The position numbers were made by a program, and so were the translations under genes. Shown in pieces: positions 18,588 to 28,129 of a stretch of DNA of 64,000 nt. Each line of letters starts with the position of its first letter. Positions within the stretch are counted from its first letter, which is position 1. The stretch is from Dehalococcoidia bacterium (lineage in GTDB: Bacteria > Chloroflexota > Dehalococcoidia > Lucifugimonadales > UBA3495), in NCBI GenBank assembly GCA_965203435.1, contig CBDBCU010000003.1, positions 74,918 through 138,917 on the forward strand, read 5' to 3'. A model generated the notes under the pieces. The model saw only the letters and a program-made list of their open reading frames with translations. It was not told the DNA's origin and ran no database searches.

Positions 18588-18930
18588 ACTCTCCGTACCG
18601 CTTGCGATAGAGCCGATTCCAATCGGACTTTTTGACGAAGGAGTCGCTGGGGGTGTGGGGCAGTGCGACGCCGACGGCCTCCAGCTCATCGATAATCAAC
18701 CCGAGCATATGGTGCGTCCAGACCGGGTCGAGTTTTTTCTGGTCGCCGTCAAAGACGATGTAGATTTCCACATACTCGTCCCCGTACTCGTCGATCTTGG
18801 GTACGGCGGCGATGGGGTCAAAGACGAAATCGTCCTTGAAGCGATCCTCCAGGAGCCTGCGGGTAATGCTGACGATTTTAGCGCGGTCGCCTTCGCTGAT
18901 CATCCTGCCGTCCTCCGAAATGGCCGCCAA
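18565..18930 (-). CDS. Small acidic hypothetical protein, upstream partner of the HEPN-like gene
   Basis: 121 aa with no confident family. It has a weak G-D-x9-D-G-D pattern (YGDEYVEIYIVFDGD) reminiscent of the minimal nucleotidyltransferase signature. GC was about 50% in a 60-nt window I counted. Confidence 0.4.
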   Translation of the reverse strand: MAAISEDGRMISEGDRAKIVSITRRLLEDRFKDDFVFDPIAAVPKIDEYGDEYVEIYIVFDGDQKKLDPVWTHHMLGLIIDELEAVGVALPHTPSDSFVKKSDWNRLYRKRYGEYESLRPD

Positions 18931-19110
18931 GGTTGGCCGGGATTGGCGTTGCTACCATGACAGGATACCACGGCGGCGGCGGCAAGTCAAATCGGGATAA
19001 TCCGGGTTCCGTCTGTTGTGGGGTGTTCATCCGGCAACCGGTTCGGGATTATCCCGCAATCGGGGGCAAGTTGGGGCCAGCGCTGGCCCCGACTTTGCCT
19101 AGCCCGGCCG

Positions 19111-21723
19111 CTATTCAGCGGCGGCGTCCTCCTCCGGCAGCCCCTCCTGATGGCCGTTGGTTGCGGCGGGCGGGGCGGCGCCGTTAGGGGCGGCGGCGTT
19201 GTCGCTGCCGTTGGCGGCATTGCCGTTGGCCCCGGCGCTGCTGTAGTCCGTTTCCTGGAAACAGGCTACCGAGGCTACGCAGTCGTCCGGCTCCCGATCC
19301 CGCCAGATAATGACGCCTTTGGTACGGCGCCCATCGGTTACTTTCACATCCTGCAAGTTGATGCGGACGACCTGGGCCTTGGCCGAGATGATAAAGACTT
19401 CCTGCCCCTCATCATCGGTAACGACGCGGGCGGCGGCGATCGATTCGGTTTGGTCATCCACCCGGAAAGTGATGACTCCCTGCGTGCCACGGCCCTTAAC
19501 CGGGTACTTATCCAGGGGCGTGGACTTGCCATAACCCCGCCGGCTGACCACCAGCAGGTTGCCGTTGGGTATAACCGGGGCCATTCCGACCACCTTGTCA
19601 TCCCCGGACAGTTTCATCCCCCGGACGCCGCCGGCGGACCGGGAGCGGGGCGTCAGGTTCTTTTTGTCGTCGGGATGATTCCGCACTTGGAAACGGGCGG
19701 CTTTACCCTGCTCGGAGACCATTATAATCTCATCGGCCTCGCCCAACTTGGCGACGCTGACCAGTTCATCCCCCTCCTCCAGGTTCATCACAATCAGGCC
19801 GGAGGCCCGGATGTTGGTCAGTTCGCCCTCTTTCAGGGCTTTGATTTCGCCCATTTTGGTCGCCAGGATCATCATGGCGCTGTCCCGGGCGTTTTTGACC
19901 GGAAGCATGGCCTGCACCTGTTCGTTGCGGGCAATGGGGATAAGGTTGACCAGTAGGGTGCCGCGGCTGACCCGGGAAGTGTCCCCTTGGATTTGGAAGG
20001 CCCGCAGGGGATAGACCCGGCCCCGGTTGGTGAAAAACAGCAGGGTGTCGTGGGTATCCACCAACACCAGATCCATCAGGGCGTCATCCTCCCGGGTGGT
20101 CATTCCGCGGACGCCCTTGCCGCCGCGGTTCTGGGTGCGGTAGGTGTCGCAGGGGATGCGCTTGATGTAACCCTTCTGGCTCAGGGTAATCAGCACATCC
20201 TGATGGGGGATGAACTGTTCCGCCGACTGTTCGCCCACTTCCTCCCGCTCGATGCGGGTGCGGCGGGCGTCGCCGAAATCCCGCTTGAGCTTGCGGGTTT
20301 CCTTTTTGATTTCGTTCAGGATCCGGGCCGGGCTGGACAGGAGTTCCTCAAGGTTGGCGATGGTTTTGAGCAGGTCGTTGTGTTCCTTTTCCAAGCGTTC
20401 CCGTTCCAGGGCGGCCAGGCGGCGCAGCTGCATATCGAGGATGGCCTGGGCCTGGATTTGGGTCAAATCCAGTTCATCCATCAGGTTGGCGCGGGCGGCG
20501 TCGGCGGTGTCGGAACTGCGGATGATGGTAATGACCTGATCCATCACATCCAGAGCCAGCAGCAAGCCTTGCAGGATGTGGTCGCGATCCCGGGCCCGGC
20601 GCAGCAGTTCCTCGGAACGGCGGCGGATGACTTCCTGGCGGTGTTCCACAAAGAGAGTCAAGGCCCGTTTCAGCGGCAGAACCTGCGGCTGCCCTTCGAC
20701 CAGGGCCAGCATAATGGCGTTAAAGGAGGTGCGAAGGGCGGTGTGGCGCAGCAGGTTGTTCAGGACGATATTGGCCTGGGCATCCCGGCGCAGTTCAATG
20801 ACAATCCGCATCCCCTGGCGATCCGATTCGTCCCGGATGTCGGAGATGCCTTCGATGCGCTTATCCCGGACCAGATGGGCGATTTTCTCCACCAGATTGG
20901 CCTTGTTGACCTGATAGGGCAGTTCGGTAACGAGGATGCGCTGGCGGCCGCCGCGCATTTCCTCGATTTCGGTAACGGCCTCCATAATGATGCGGCCGCG
21001 GCCGGTGGTGTAGGCGTCGACAATGCCCTGGACGCCGCGGATGACGCCGCTGGTGGGGAAGTCCGGCCCCGGCACCAGTTTCATCAAATCCTCGGTTACG
21101 CAGTCCGGGTGGTCGATGACATGGCAGACGGCGTCGCAGACTTCGGACAGGTTGTGCGGCGGCAGGTTGGTCGCCATCCCCACGGCGATGCCGGTGGCCC
21201 CGTTGACTAGCAGATTGGGCAGGCGGCTGGGCAGCACCTGGGGTTCGTGCAGGGAATCGTCGAAGTTCTGGGAGAAGTCGACGGTGTTCAGGTCGATGTC
21301 GGCCAGGAGTTCGTCGGCAATGGCGGCCAGGCGGGCCTCGGTGTAGCGCATGGCCGCCGGCGGATCGCCGTCCACGCTGCCGAAGTTGCCCTGCCCGTCA
21401 ATGAGGGGGTAGCGCATAGAGAACAGCTGGGCCATCCGCACCAGGGCGTCATAGACCGGGGTGTCGCTGTGGGGGTGGTACTTGCCCAGCACTTCGCCGA
21501 CGATGCGGGCGCTTTTGCGGTGAGCCTGGTTGGGGCGCATCCCCATTTCGTGCATAGCGTAGAGGATGCGGCGCTGCACCGGTTTCAGCCCATCGCGCAC
21601 ATCGGGCAGGGCCCGGGAGACGATGACGCTCATGGCGTAGCTGAGGTAGGAGGTCCGCATTTCCTCTTCGATGCGGATGGGAAGGATGCGGCCCGCGGGC
21701 GGCGGTGGCGTGGCGGTTACCAT
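19111..21723 (-). CDS. gyrA: DNA gyrase subunit A
   Basis: [32 protein letters not shown], the active-site region [11 protein letters not shown]-terminal beta-pinwheel repeats and a low-complexity acidic tail. Confidence 0.95.
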   Translation of the reverse strand: MVTATPPPPAGRILPIRIEEEMRTSYLSYAMSVIVSRALPDVRDGLKPVQRRILYAMHEMGMRPNQAHRKSARIVGEVLGKYHPHSDTPVYDALVRMAQLFSMRYPLIDGQGNFGSVDGDPPAAMRYTEARLAAIADELLADIDLNTVDFSQNFDDSLHEPQVLPSRLPNLLVNGATGIAVGMATNLPPHNLSEVCDAVCHVIDHPDCVTEDLMKLVPGPDFPTSGVIRGVQGIVDAYTTGRGRIIMEAVTEIEEMRGGRQRILVTELPYQVNKANLVEKIAHLVRDKRIEGISDIRDESDRQGMRIVIELRRDAQANIVLNNLLRHTALRTSFNAIMLALVEGQPQVLPLKRALTLFVEHRQEVIRRRSEELLRRARDRDHILQGLLLALDVMDQVITIIRSSDTADAARANLMDELDLTQIQAQAILDMQLRRLAALERERLEKEHNDLLKTIANLEELLSSPARILNEIKKETRKLKRDFGDARRTRIEREEVGEQSAEQFIPHQDVLITLSQKGYIKRIPCDTYRTQNRGGKGVRGMTTREDDALMDLVLVDTHDTLLFFTNRGRVYPLRAFQIQGDTSRVSRGTLLVNLIPIARNEQVQAMLPVKNARDSAMMILATKMGEIKALKEGELTNIRASGLIVMNLEEGDELVSVAKLGEADEIIMVSEQGKAARFQVRNHPDDKKNLTPRSRSAGGVRGMKLSGDDKVVGMAPVIPNGNLLVVSRRGYGKSTPLDKYPVKGRGTQGVITFRVDDQTESIAAARVVTDDEGQEVFIISAKAQVVRINLQDVKVTDGRRTKGVIIWRDREPDDCVASVACFQETDYSSAGANGNAANGSDNAAAPNGAAPPAATNGHQEGLPEEDAAAE

Positions 21724-21726
21724 AAG

Positions 21727-22440
21727 TTACTGCTCCTGGCCCGAATAGCTTTCCGCCCTTTCGTAAAAGGCGGCGAACAGGTTGGCGAAACTGCGCGGCA
21801 TTTCCCCCTGCCGCTCCGGATGGCACTGGAGGCCGATGACCCAGCTATGGGCCGGGCTTTCCAAGCCTTCGATCAGCCCATCCTCTACGGCGTAGGCGCT
21901 GGTCAACAGGCCGGGGGCGCGCTGGGCTTCCCGCAAGCCCTGATGATGCAGGCTGTTGACCCGAAAAAAGCCGGCGCTGCCCACGATGGCGGCGGTCTTG
22001 GCTCCCGGCGCCAGGAAAATCGGATGTTTGACCGGCTCCCAGCCGCCATCGGCTTTTTCCGCCTTATGCCCCGGCAAATCCTGAATCAGCTGCCCACCAA
22101 AGGCCACATTGAGCAGCTGCATCCCCCGGCAGATAGCCAATACCGGCAAATCCCGGGCCAAGGCATAGTCCAGCAGGGTCAATTCCAAGGCGTCCAGGGG
22201 GCGGCACAAATCCAGATTGGCCGCCGGGTCGGGTTCGGCACCATAAAGGGCTGGGTCAACATCCGGGCCGCCGGGCAAAAGCAGGCCGCCGACGCCGGCT
22301 AACATAGCGGCCGCCGACCCGGCCGCCGGCGGGGTCAGCAAGCGGACTTCCGCCCCCAAATCCGCCATTGCGCCGGAATAGCGGCGGGCGTTGTCCGAAT
22401 CCACCGATGAAATGGCTACAGTAGTCATTGCGCTTAACAT
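21727..22440 (-). CDS. Class I glutamine amidotransferase-like hydrolase (peptidase C26 / gamma-glutamyl-GABA hydrolase family)
   Basis: ICRGMQLLNVAFGG (Cys nucleophile) and LQCHPE (His/Glu). The gene ends 4 nt before the gyrA start. Confidence 0.75.
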   Translation of the reverse strand: MLSAMTTVAISSVDSDNARRYSGAMADLGAEVRLLTPPAAGSAAAMLAGVGGLLLPGGPDVDPALYGAEPDPAANLDLCRPLDALELTLLDYALARDLPVLAICRGMQLLNVAFGGQLIQDLPGHKAEKADGGWEPVKHPIFLAPGAKTAAIVGSAGFFRVNSLHHQGLREAQRAPGLLTSAYAVEDGLIEGLESPAHSWVIGLQCHPERQGEMPRSFANLFAAFYERAESYSGQEQ

Positions 22441-22538
22441 ATTATAACAGAAAGGGGCGGGGATTCATAGACTTTCCGCGGCGGCTATCGAGAGTTTTAG
22501 CGGTTTCCCTTGTCGGAGGTTCCTGTTACGGGGTATTC

Positions 22539-22675
22539 ATCCTTCAACAAGTTCAGGATGAGCGGACGGCGGGGGCATCCTTACCGGATCAGGATGAGCG
22601 GACGGCGGGGGCATCCTTACCAGATCAGGATGGACAAATGACTCTTTTCCGCTCATCCTGAACTTGTTGAAGGAT
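22539..22675. mobile_element. MITE-like family A element with perfect 27-bp terminal inverted repeats
   Basis: ATCCTTCAACAAGTTCAGGATGAGCGG (22539-22565) and its exact reverse complement (22649-22675) flank two 36-nt direct repeats (caggatgagcggacggcgggggcatccttacc.gat). Confidence 0.7.
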
Positions 22676-22704
22676 GAACGGGAAAGAGTCACCCGCCGCC
22701 CTTA

Positions 22705-22713
22705 TGCTATAAT
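22705..22713 (+). promoter_or_regulatory. Extended -10 box (TGcTATAAT) 7 nt upstream of the ATG at 22721; candidate leaderless promoter
   Basis: The sequence tatgctataatccggcttATG is present, and the same block occurs upstream of the paralog at 25729. Confidence 0.45.
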
Positions 22714-22720
22714 CCGGCTT

Positions 22721-25417
22721 ATGTTCCCGCCGTTGCGCCAAATATATCCCCGCTTTTCCGACCGGAGCCGAGCGGCGCTGAACTTCCTTGCCATCCACAG
22801 CGGCCTGCTTATCTGCGCCCTGTTTCTGCTGGTCGGCCTGGCTTTGGCCGGGGATTACGGCATTAACCAGGATGAGCACCACCAGCGGAGTATTGCCGCC
22901 GTCAACTTGCAGTATATCCTGGGGCAGGATCCGATTGATGACCGGCACATTACCCCCGCCTACCGGTTGTACGGCATGGTTTTCGAGTTGCCGCTGCTGC
23001 TGGCCGAGCGGCTGCCGGGAATGGACGATTATCATTATGTCCACCGCCTCCGTTTAACCCTCACCCACCTGTTTTTCATCATAGCCGCCTTTTGCTGCTA
23101 CCGGCTGGCTTATCATTTGGGCGGCAATCGGCTGATTGCCCTGCTGGCCCTGCTGCTCTTTCTGCTACATCCCCGCCTTTATGCCCACTCTTACCTCAAC
23201 AGCAAAGACCTGCCCTTTCTCAGTATGTTTGTCATTGCCCTGTATCTGCTGGAGCGGGCTTTCCGCCGGGATACCATCGGGGCTTTTGCGTTGCTGGGCC
23301 TAGCCGTAGGGCTGCTGACCAATTTGCGGATTGCGGGGATAATGCTGCTGCCGGCGGCGCTGGCGCTGCGGGGGCTGGATCTGTTTTATGCCACGACTTG
23401 GCCGGAGCGCAAGGGAATCCTGCGGACTGCCGGGCTGTTCACCCTGGCCGCCGGGCTGACTTTTTATGTCGTATCGCCCTACGCCTGGGCTAACCCCATC
23501 AGCTACCTGGCAGACGGTATCGCCTTGGCGGCCAACCAGCCTATTGTTGTGCCGGTGCTATTCCAGGGCGAATGGACTACTGCCGACCAACTGCCGCCGC
23601 ATTACCTGCCGGTCTGGTTCAGCATCACTACACCGCCGCTGATTCTGTTGCTGGGCTTGGTCGGAATAGCGGCGGCCTTGGCCCGGGGTCTGGCCCGGCC
23701 CGGGGCGGTTTTCCGCAACAACCGGCGGCGTTTCCTATGGCTGCTGCTGGCCTGCTTTCTGCTGCCGCCGCTGGCCGCCGTGCTGCTGGGATCCGACCTG
23801 TTTGACGGCTGGCGGTATTTCTATTTTGTCTATGGGCCTTTCGGCCTGCTGGCGGCTCTGGGCGGCGGTTGGCTGCTGGCGGCCCTTTCCCGGCAGCGCC
23901 GGCGGCGGGCCGGGTTGTATGGCTTGGCCGGGTTGGGTCTGGGGTTGATTCTGCTCCAGATGACGCAACTCCATCCTTTGCAATACAGCTATTTCAACTT
24001 TCTGGTGGATCGCGTTACCCCGGAATATCTGCGGACGCAGTATCCTCTGGATCATTGGGAATTGGCCTTTCGAAACGGCTTGGAGGAGCTGCTGGAACGG
24101 CATCCCGGGGAGATCGTGGTGGCGCTGGTCGAGGAGAAACACAGGGAAACGCTGCCGCCGGCGGCCCGGCAGCGTTTGCCGCGCGGCGGCGGCCGTAACG
24201 CGGATTATGAACTGACCAACCCTTTTGACCCCAGCCGGCTAGATCTGGCTTTTAATTCGGTGTACCGCCGTTTCTACAATAACACCCTGGTCGCCGTACG
24301 GCCGCTGGATGCTTCCTTGATGACGCCGGCGGCCGTGGCGGCTTACCAAGAGCTTTACCGCCAAGCTGTCGCCGGCGAACCCATCAGCCGCGGGGATTAT
24401 AATGTTTATCTTGACGACAAAAGGCTTACTTTCGTACGGGAAAACTGCCCGGCGGATAGCCCGGATGCCTGGCTCGGCGTGAAAGTTTTTCCCCACGATC
24501 CGGAAACCTACCCGGGTTTCCGGGGAAACCGATCTTATGTAGCCTACGGCAATTACGGGGTACGCTTGGGGGATACCTGCCTCGCGGTTATCCAACTGCC
24601 CGATTACGCTCAAGGCGACCTGATCCTGATCCAGCGCAACGCAGGCTTTCCCGGCCAGAAGGAGGAACTTTACAGCATATCCCGGCCCGGCTGGCGGGAA
24701 CTTATTGAGCAAGGGCGGCGGAATCAGCCGCAACCGGCCGGGCCGGAGGCTTTTGATGTTTTCCTGGATCGGTCGGAGGACCGTCACCGTCTGATCTATG
24801 CCAAACCCCATTGCTCCCGAACTGAATATGAAACCCCGGTAACTTTGCATCTCTACCCGGAAGCCCTGGCCGATTTGCCCTTTTACCTCTGGAAAGGGGG
24901 GGTGGATAATCGGGATTTCCTCTTGTCGATTTACGGCGGCCGGCCCGGCGGGGAATGCGTGGCGGTGTTTCCCTTGCCCGATTATCCCATCGCCGCCATC
25001 CATACCGGGCAAGCCGGGGTGTGGGCCGTCAACCTATACCCGCCGACGGAACCCGACCGGTTGCGGGCAACTTATGCCGCCTTGGCCGACCGGCAACCCA
25101 ACGCCCGGGCCGCTTTTGACCTGTACCGGCAAGACAATCGGCTGATTTATTTGCGGGAAACCTGCGCGGCGGCGGATACGGCGGCCGGCTTTTTCCTGCA
25201 TATCCTCCCGGAGGATAGGGCCGATTTGCCGCCGGCACGGCAGGCGGCCGGCTTTGCCAATCGGGATTTTGCCTTTGACCGCCGGGGCGGCCCTTTTGAC
25301 GACAAATGCCTGGCCGCCGTTGCTTTGCCCAACTATCCCATCAAGGAAATAAGGACGGGGCAGTATGTACCCGGGCAAGGGGAATTGTGGGCGGTGGAAT
25401 TGATGGTGGGGCGGTAG
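22721..25417 (+). CDS. GT-C fold membrane glycosyltransferase (family 39/ArnT-PMT-like) with C-terminal triple repeat module
   Basis: About 12 predicted hydrophobic helices and a first-loop acidic motif (GDYGINQDEHH). The extracytoplasmic tail of about 450 aa contains three copies of a ~85-aa two-Cys module. The ATG at 22721 matches the paralog start; the ORF-track start at 22664 lies inside the repeat element. Confidence 0.7.
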   Translation: MFPPLRQIYPRFSDRSRAALNFLAIHSGLLICALFLLVGLALAGDYGINQDEHHQRSIAAVNLQYILGQDPIDDRHITPAYRLYGMVFELPLLLAERLPGMDDYHYVHRLRLTLTHLFFIIAAFCCYRLAYHLGGNRLIALLALLLFLLHPRLYAHSYLNSKDLPFLSMFVIALYLLERAFRRDTIGAFALLGLAVGLLTNLRIAGIMLLPAALALRGLDLFYATTWPERKGILRTAGLFTLAAGLTFYVVSPYAWANPISYLADGIALAANQPIVVPVLFQGEWTTADQLPPHYLPVWFSITTPPLILLLGLVGIAAALARGLARPGAVFRNNRRRFLWLLLACFLLPPLAAVLLGSDLFDGWRYFYFVYGPFGLLAALGGGWLLAALSRQRRRRAGLYGLAGLGLGLILLQMTQLHPLQYSYFNFLVDRVTPEYLRTQYPLDHWELAFRNGLEELLERHPGEIVVALVEEKHRETLPPAARQRLPRGGGRNADYELTNPFDPSRLDLAFNSVYRRFYNNTLVAVRPLDASLMTPAAVAAYQELYRQAVAGEPISRGDYNVYLDDKRLTFVRENCPADSPDAWLGVKVFPHDPETYPGFRGNRSYVAYGNYGVRLGDTCLAVIQLPDYAQGDLILIQRNAGFPGQKEELYSISRPGWRELIEQGRRNQPQPAGPEAFDVFLDRSEDRHRLIYAKPHCSRTEYETPVTLHLYPEALADLPFYLWKGGVDNRDFLLSIYGGRPGGECVAVFPLPDYPIAAIHTGQAGVWAVNLYPPTEPDRLRATYAALADRQPNARAAFDLYRQDNRLIYLRETCAAADTAAGFFLHILPEDRADLPPARQAAGFANRDFAFDRRGGPFDDKCLAAVALPNYPIKEIRTGQYVPGQGELWAVELMVGR

Positions 25418-25431
25418 GGCGAGTCCCCCCG

Positions 25432-25530
25432 CCGTCATTCCCGCGTAAGCGGGAATCCAGAAATGCCAGATTGGTCATAGGCCGGTCTTTGGTAGTACCG
25501 TCGGGATTCCCGCTTACGCGGGAATGACGG
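25432..25530. repeat. Family B composite element: inverted pair of 27-nt hairpin units
   Basis: CCGTCATTCCCGCGTAAGCGGGAATCC (25432-25458) and its exact reverse complement (25504-25530). Each unit folds as ATTCCCGC-GTAA-GCGGGAAT. Confidence 0.85.
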
Positions 25531-25548
25531 TAGCGGGGCCGCCGTTTC

Positions 25549-25576
25549 CATCCTTCAACAAGTTCAGGATGAGCGG
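25549..25576. repeat. Family A repeat, single copy
   Basis: catccttcaacaagttcaggatgagcgg. Confidence 0.85.
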
Positions 25577-25621
25577 ACAAGCAGCGCCGCACCACTTTTA
25601 CCGTCCTTCCCGGCCTCTCTA

Positions 25622-25721
25622 CCGTCATTCCCGCGTAAGCGGGAATCCAGAACGGCACTGCTTTATAATGCCGCACCCTTGGCAAGCAACCACCGGATTC
25701 CCGCTTACGCGGGAATGACGG
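25622..25721. repeat. Family B composite element, second copy
   Basis: The same 27-nt unit occurs at 25622-25648, with its exact reverse complement at 25695-25721. The element abuts the promoter block of the second GT-C gene. Confidence 0.85.
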
Positions 25722-25728
25722 TAGAGTA

Positions 25729-25737
25729 TGCTATAAT
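25729..25737 (+). promoter_or_regulatory. Extended -10 box (TGcTATAAT) 7 nt upstream of the ATG at 25745; candidate leaderless promoter
   Basis: The sequence tatgctataatccggtctATG is present. Spacing and sequence are the same as at 22705. Confidence 0.45.
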
Positions 25738-25744
25738 CCGGTCT

Positions 25745-28108
25745 ATGTTCCCGCCCTTGCGCCATATATTCTTGCGCTTTTCCGGCGGGGGACAAGCGGC
25801 GCTGAACTTCCTTACCGTCCGCAGCGGCCTGCTTACCTGCGTCCTTTTTCTGCTGGTCGGTCTGGGCCTGGCCGGAGATTATGGCATTGGCCCGGATGAG
25901 GGGATACAGCGGCGGATTGCCCAAGGCAATCTGAACTATATCTTGGGCCGGGCCGAGGTCAGCGACCCGCAGCTTATACCCACCGACCGCTATTATGGCG
26001 TGGCCTTTGAGCTGCCGTTGCTGCTGGCCGAGGGGGTGCTGGGCATAGAGGATTACCATTATGTCCACCGGCTCCGCTTAATCCTGACCCACCTGTTCTT
26101 TATAGTAGGGGCTTTCTGCTGCTACCGGCTGGCTTGGCGGCTGTTCGACAACCGGCTGATTGCCCTTTTTGCCCTGCTGCTGTTTCTGCTGCATCCCCGG
26201 ATTTATGCCCATTCCTTTGTCAATTCCAAAGACTTGCCCTTTCTCAGTATGTTCAGCATTGCCTTGTATCTGCTGGAACGGGCTTTCCGCCGGGATACCG
26301 TCGGGGCGTTCATCCTGCTGGGAATAGCGGTGGGATTGCTGACCAATTTGCGGATTGCGGGGATGGCGCTACTGCCGGCGGCTCTGGCAATGCGGGGTTT
26401 GGACTGGCGGATAGCGGACGGAGGGGCGGGACGGAAACATACTCTGCTGACCGCCGGATGGTTCACCCTGGCCGCCGGGCTGACCCTTTACGCGGTAACG
26501 CCTTATGCCTGGACTAACCCGGTCGACTATCTGACCGCTGCCCTGTCGCTCACCGTCAATCATCCCAATGTGGTATTTGAGTTGTTTCAGGGCCGGCTGA
26601 TTCCGTCGACGGAACTGCCGCCGCACTATGGCTTGACCTGGTTCGGCATCACCACGCCGCCGCTGGTTCTACTGCTGGGCCTAGTCGGAATGGCGGCGGT
26701 AGTGGCCCAAAGCCTGGCCCGGCCCGGGGCGGTTTTCCGCAATAGCCGGCGGCGTTTTCAACTGCTGCTGCTGGCCGGTTTTGCCCTGCCTTTGCTGGCC
26801 GCCGCCCTGCTGGGTTCCAATCTGTACGGCAACTGGCGGCAGCTGTTCTTTATCTATGTACCCTTTTGCCTGCTGGCGGCCGGGGGCTTGCATTGGCTGG
26901 CGGCGGTCTTGGCCCGGCGGCCGGGAAAGCGGATGGGCATATACGGCTTGGGGGGGCTGGGTTTGGGATTGATTCTGCTGCAAATGGCGCAGCTGCATCC
27001 CCAGCAGCAGATTTATTTCAACTTTCTGGTGGATCGGACTACCCCCAACTATCTGCAATCCCAATACGAAATGGATAGTTGGCGGCTGTTGGCCCGGGAG
27101 GGATTGGAGGATTTGCTGGCCCGCCATCCGGGAGAAACTTTGACCGTGGAGACGGCGCGGGCGGCGGTAAAAATCCTGCCGGCCGCCGACCGGCAGCATT
27201 TGATTGTCGGCTCCGCCACCCGGGAAGCCGACTATGCCCTTGCCGGGCCGGGGGAATCCCAGCGTACCGACTTGGCTTTTAATGCCGAGGATCAGCGCCG
27301 CGTTTATAACAACGCGGTTTTGTCGGTCAAGCCGCTGCAAGGGGAACGGATGACGGCGGCGGCCAGGGCGGCCTATGCTGAGTTCTATCAGCAAGCCGCG
27401 GCTGGGGAGCCCATTATCCGGGAGGATTATGCTGTATACCGCAACGGCCGGATTTTGACTTTTGTTAAAGAGGATTGCCGGCCGGGCGACCGGGCCGCCC
27501 GCTTTGGCGTGAAAGTTTATCCGGCGCCGGCGGAACTGCGGGCCGGCTATATTCCCAACCAGGTTGCCTATGATTTTCGGGAAAACGACGGGGTGCGGCT
27601 GGGCGAGCGCTGCCTGGCGCTGATTGAGCTGCCCGACTATCCCATCGATTTTATTCTGGCCGGGCAGTATGCCGACTGGGAAAGCCGGGCGGTATGGTGG
27701 CCGCGTCCTTTGTGGTCGGGGCTGCACAGCCTGGCCCGGCCGGGCATAGAGGAAACCATCGCCGCCGGAGGGGAAAGCAATCTCCGGCAAGAGGAGGGCG
27801 GCGTTCCCTTTGCGTTGTATCCGCAGGCGGGACGGATTAGCTATTACCGAAACCCTTGCAATCCGGCGGACACGGCGGCCGGGTTCTTTCTGCACATCAT
27901 CCCGGAGGAGGTTGCCGACTTGCCCCGGGCACGACGGCGGTACGGCTTTGGGAACCGGGATTTTGCCTTTGACCGCTGGGGCGAACATTTCGACGGCAAG
28001 TGCCTGGCGGTAGTCCCCTTGCCCCACTATCCCATCAAGGAAATCCGTACCGGCCAGCATATCCCCGGCCAAGGTCCGTTGTGGGCGGCGAATTTGCCGG
28101 GGCCGTAG
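25745..28108 (+). CDS. GT-C fold membrane glycosyltransferase paralog with C-terminal double repeat module
   Basis: Collinear with the 22721 gene (GDYGIGPDEG, LRIAGMALLPAALAMRGLD and other shared segments). Its tail carries two copies of the two-Cys module. Confidence 0.7.
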   Translation: MFPPLRHIFLRFSGGGQAALNFLTVRSGLLTCVLFLLVGLGLAGDYGIGPDEGIQRRIAQGNLNYILGRAEVSDPQLIPTDRYYGVAFELPLLLAEGVLGIEDYHYVHRLRLILTHLFFIVGAFCCYRLAWRLFDNRLIALFALLLFLLHPRIYAHSFVNSKDLPFLSMFSIALYLLERAFRRDTVGAFILLGIAVGLLTNLRIAGMALLPAALAMRGLDWRIADGGAGRKHTLLTAGWFTLAAGLTLYAVTPYAWTNPVDYLTAALSLTVNHPNVVFELFQGRLIPSTELPPHYGLTWFGITTPPLVLLLGLVGMAAVVAQSLARPGAVFRNSRRRFQLLLLAGFALPLLAAALLGSNLYGNWRQLFFIYVPFCLLAAGGLHWLAAVLARRPGKRMGIYGLGGLGLGLILLQMAQLHPQQQIYFNFLVDRTTPNYLQSQYEMDSWRLLAREGLEDLLARHPGETLTVETARAAVKILPAADRQHLIVGSATREADYALAGPGESQRTDLAFNAEDQRRVYNNAVLSVKPLQGERMTAAARAAYAEFYQQAAAGEPIIREDYAVYRNGRILTFVKEDCRPGDRAARFGVKVYPAPAELRAGYIPNQVAYDFRENDGVRLGERCLALIELPDYPIDFILAGQYADWESRAVWWPRPLWSGLHSLARPGIEETIAAGGESNLRQEEGGVPFALYPQAGRISYYRNPCNPADTAAGFFLHIIPEEVADLPRARRRYGFGNRDFAFDRWGEHFDGKCLAVVPLPHYPIKEIRTGQHIPGQGPLWAANLPGP

Positions 28109-28129
28109 TTTCGGGCCGGGACGGGTGGT

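Noticed and set aside
26681-28072. 463-aa ORF antisense to the second GT-C gene; similar ORFs at 23735-24142 and 24239-25012 oppose the first
   Set aside because: The sense-strand proteins are collinear paralogs with transmembrane topology and repeated modules. The antisense ORFs are Gly/Pro/Arg/Gln-rich.
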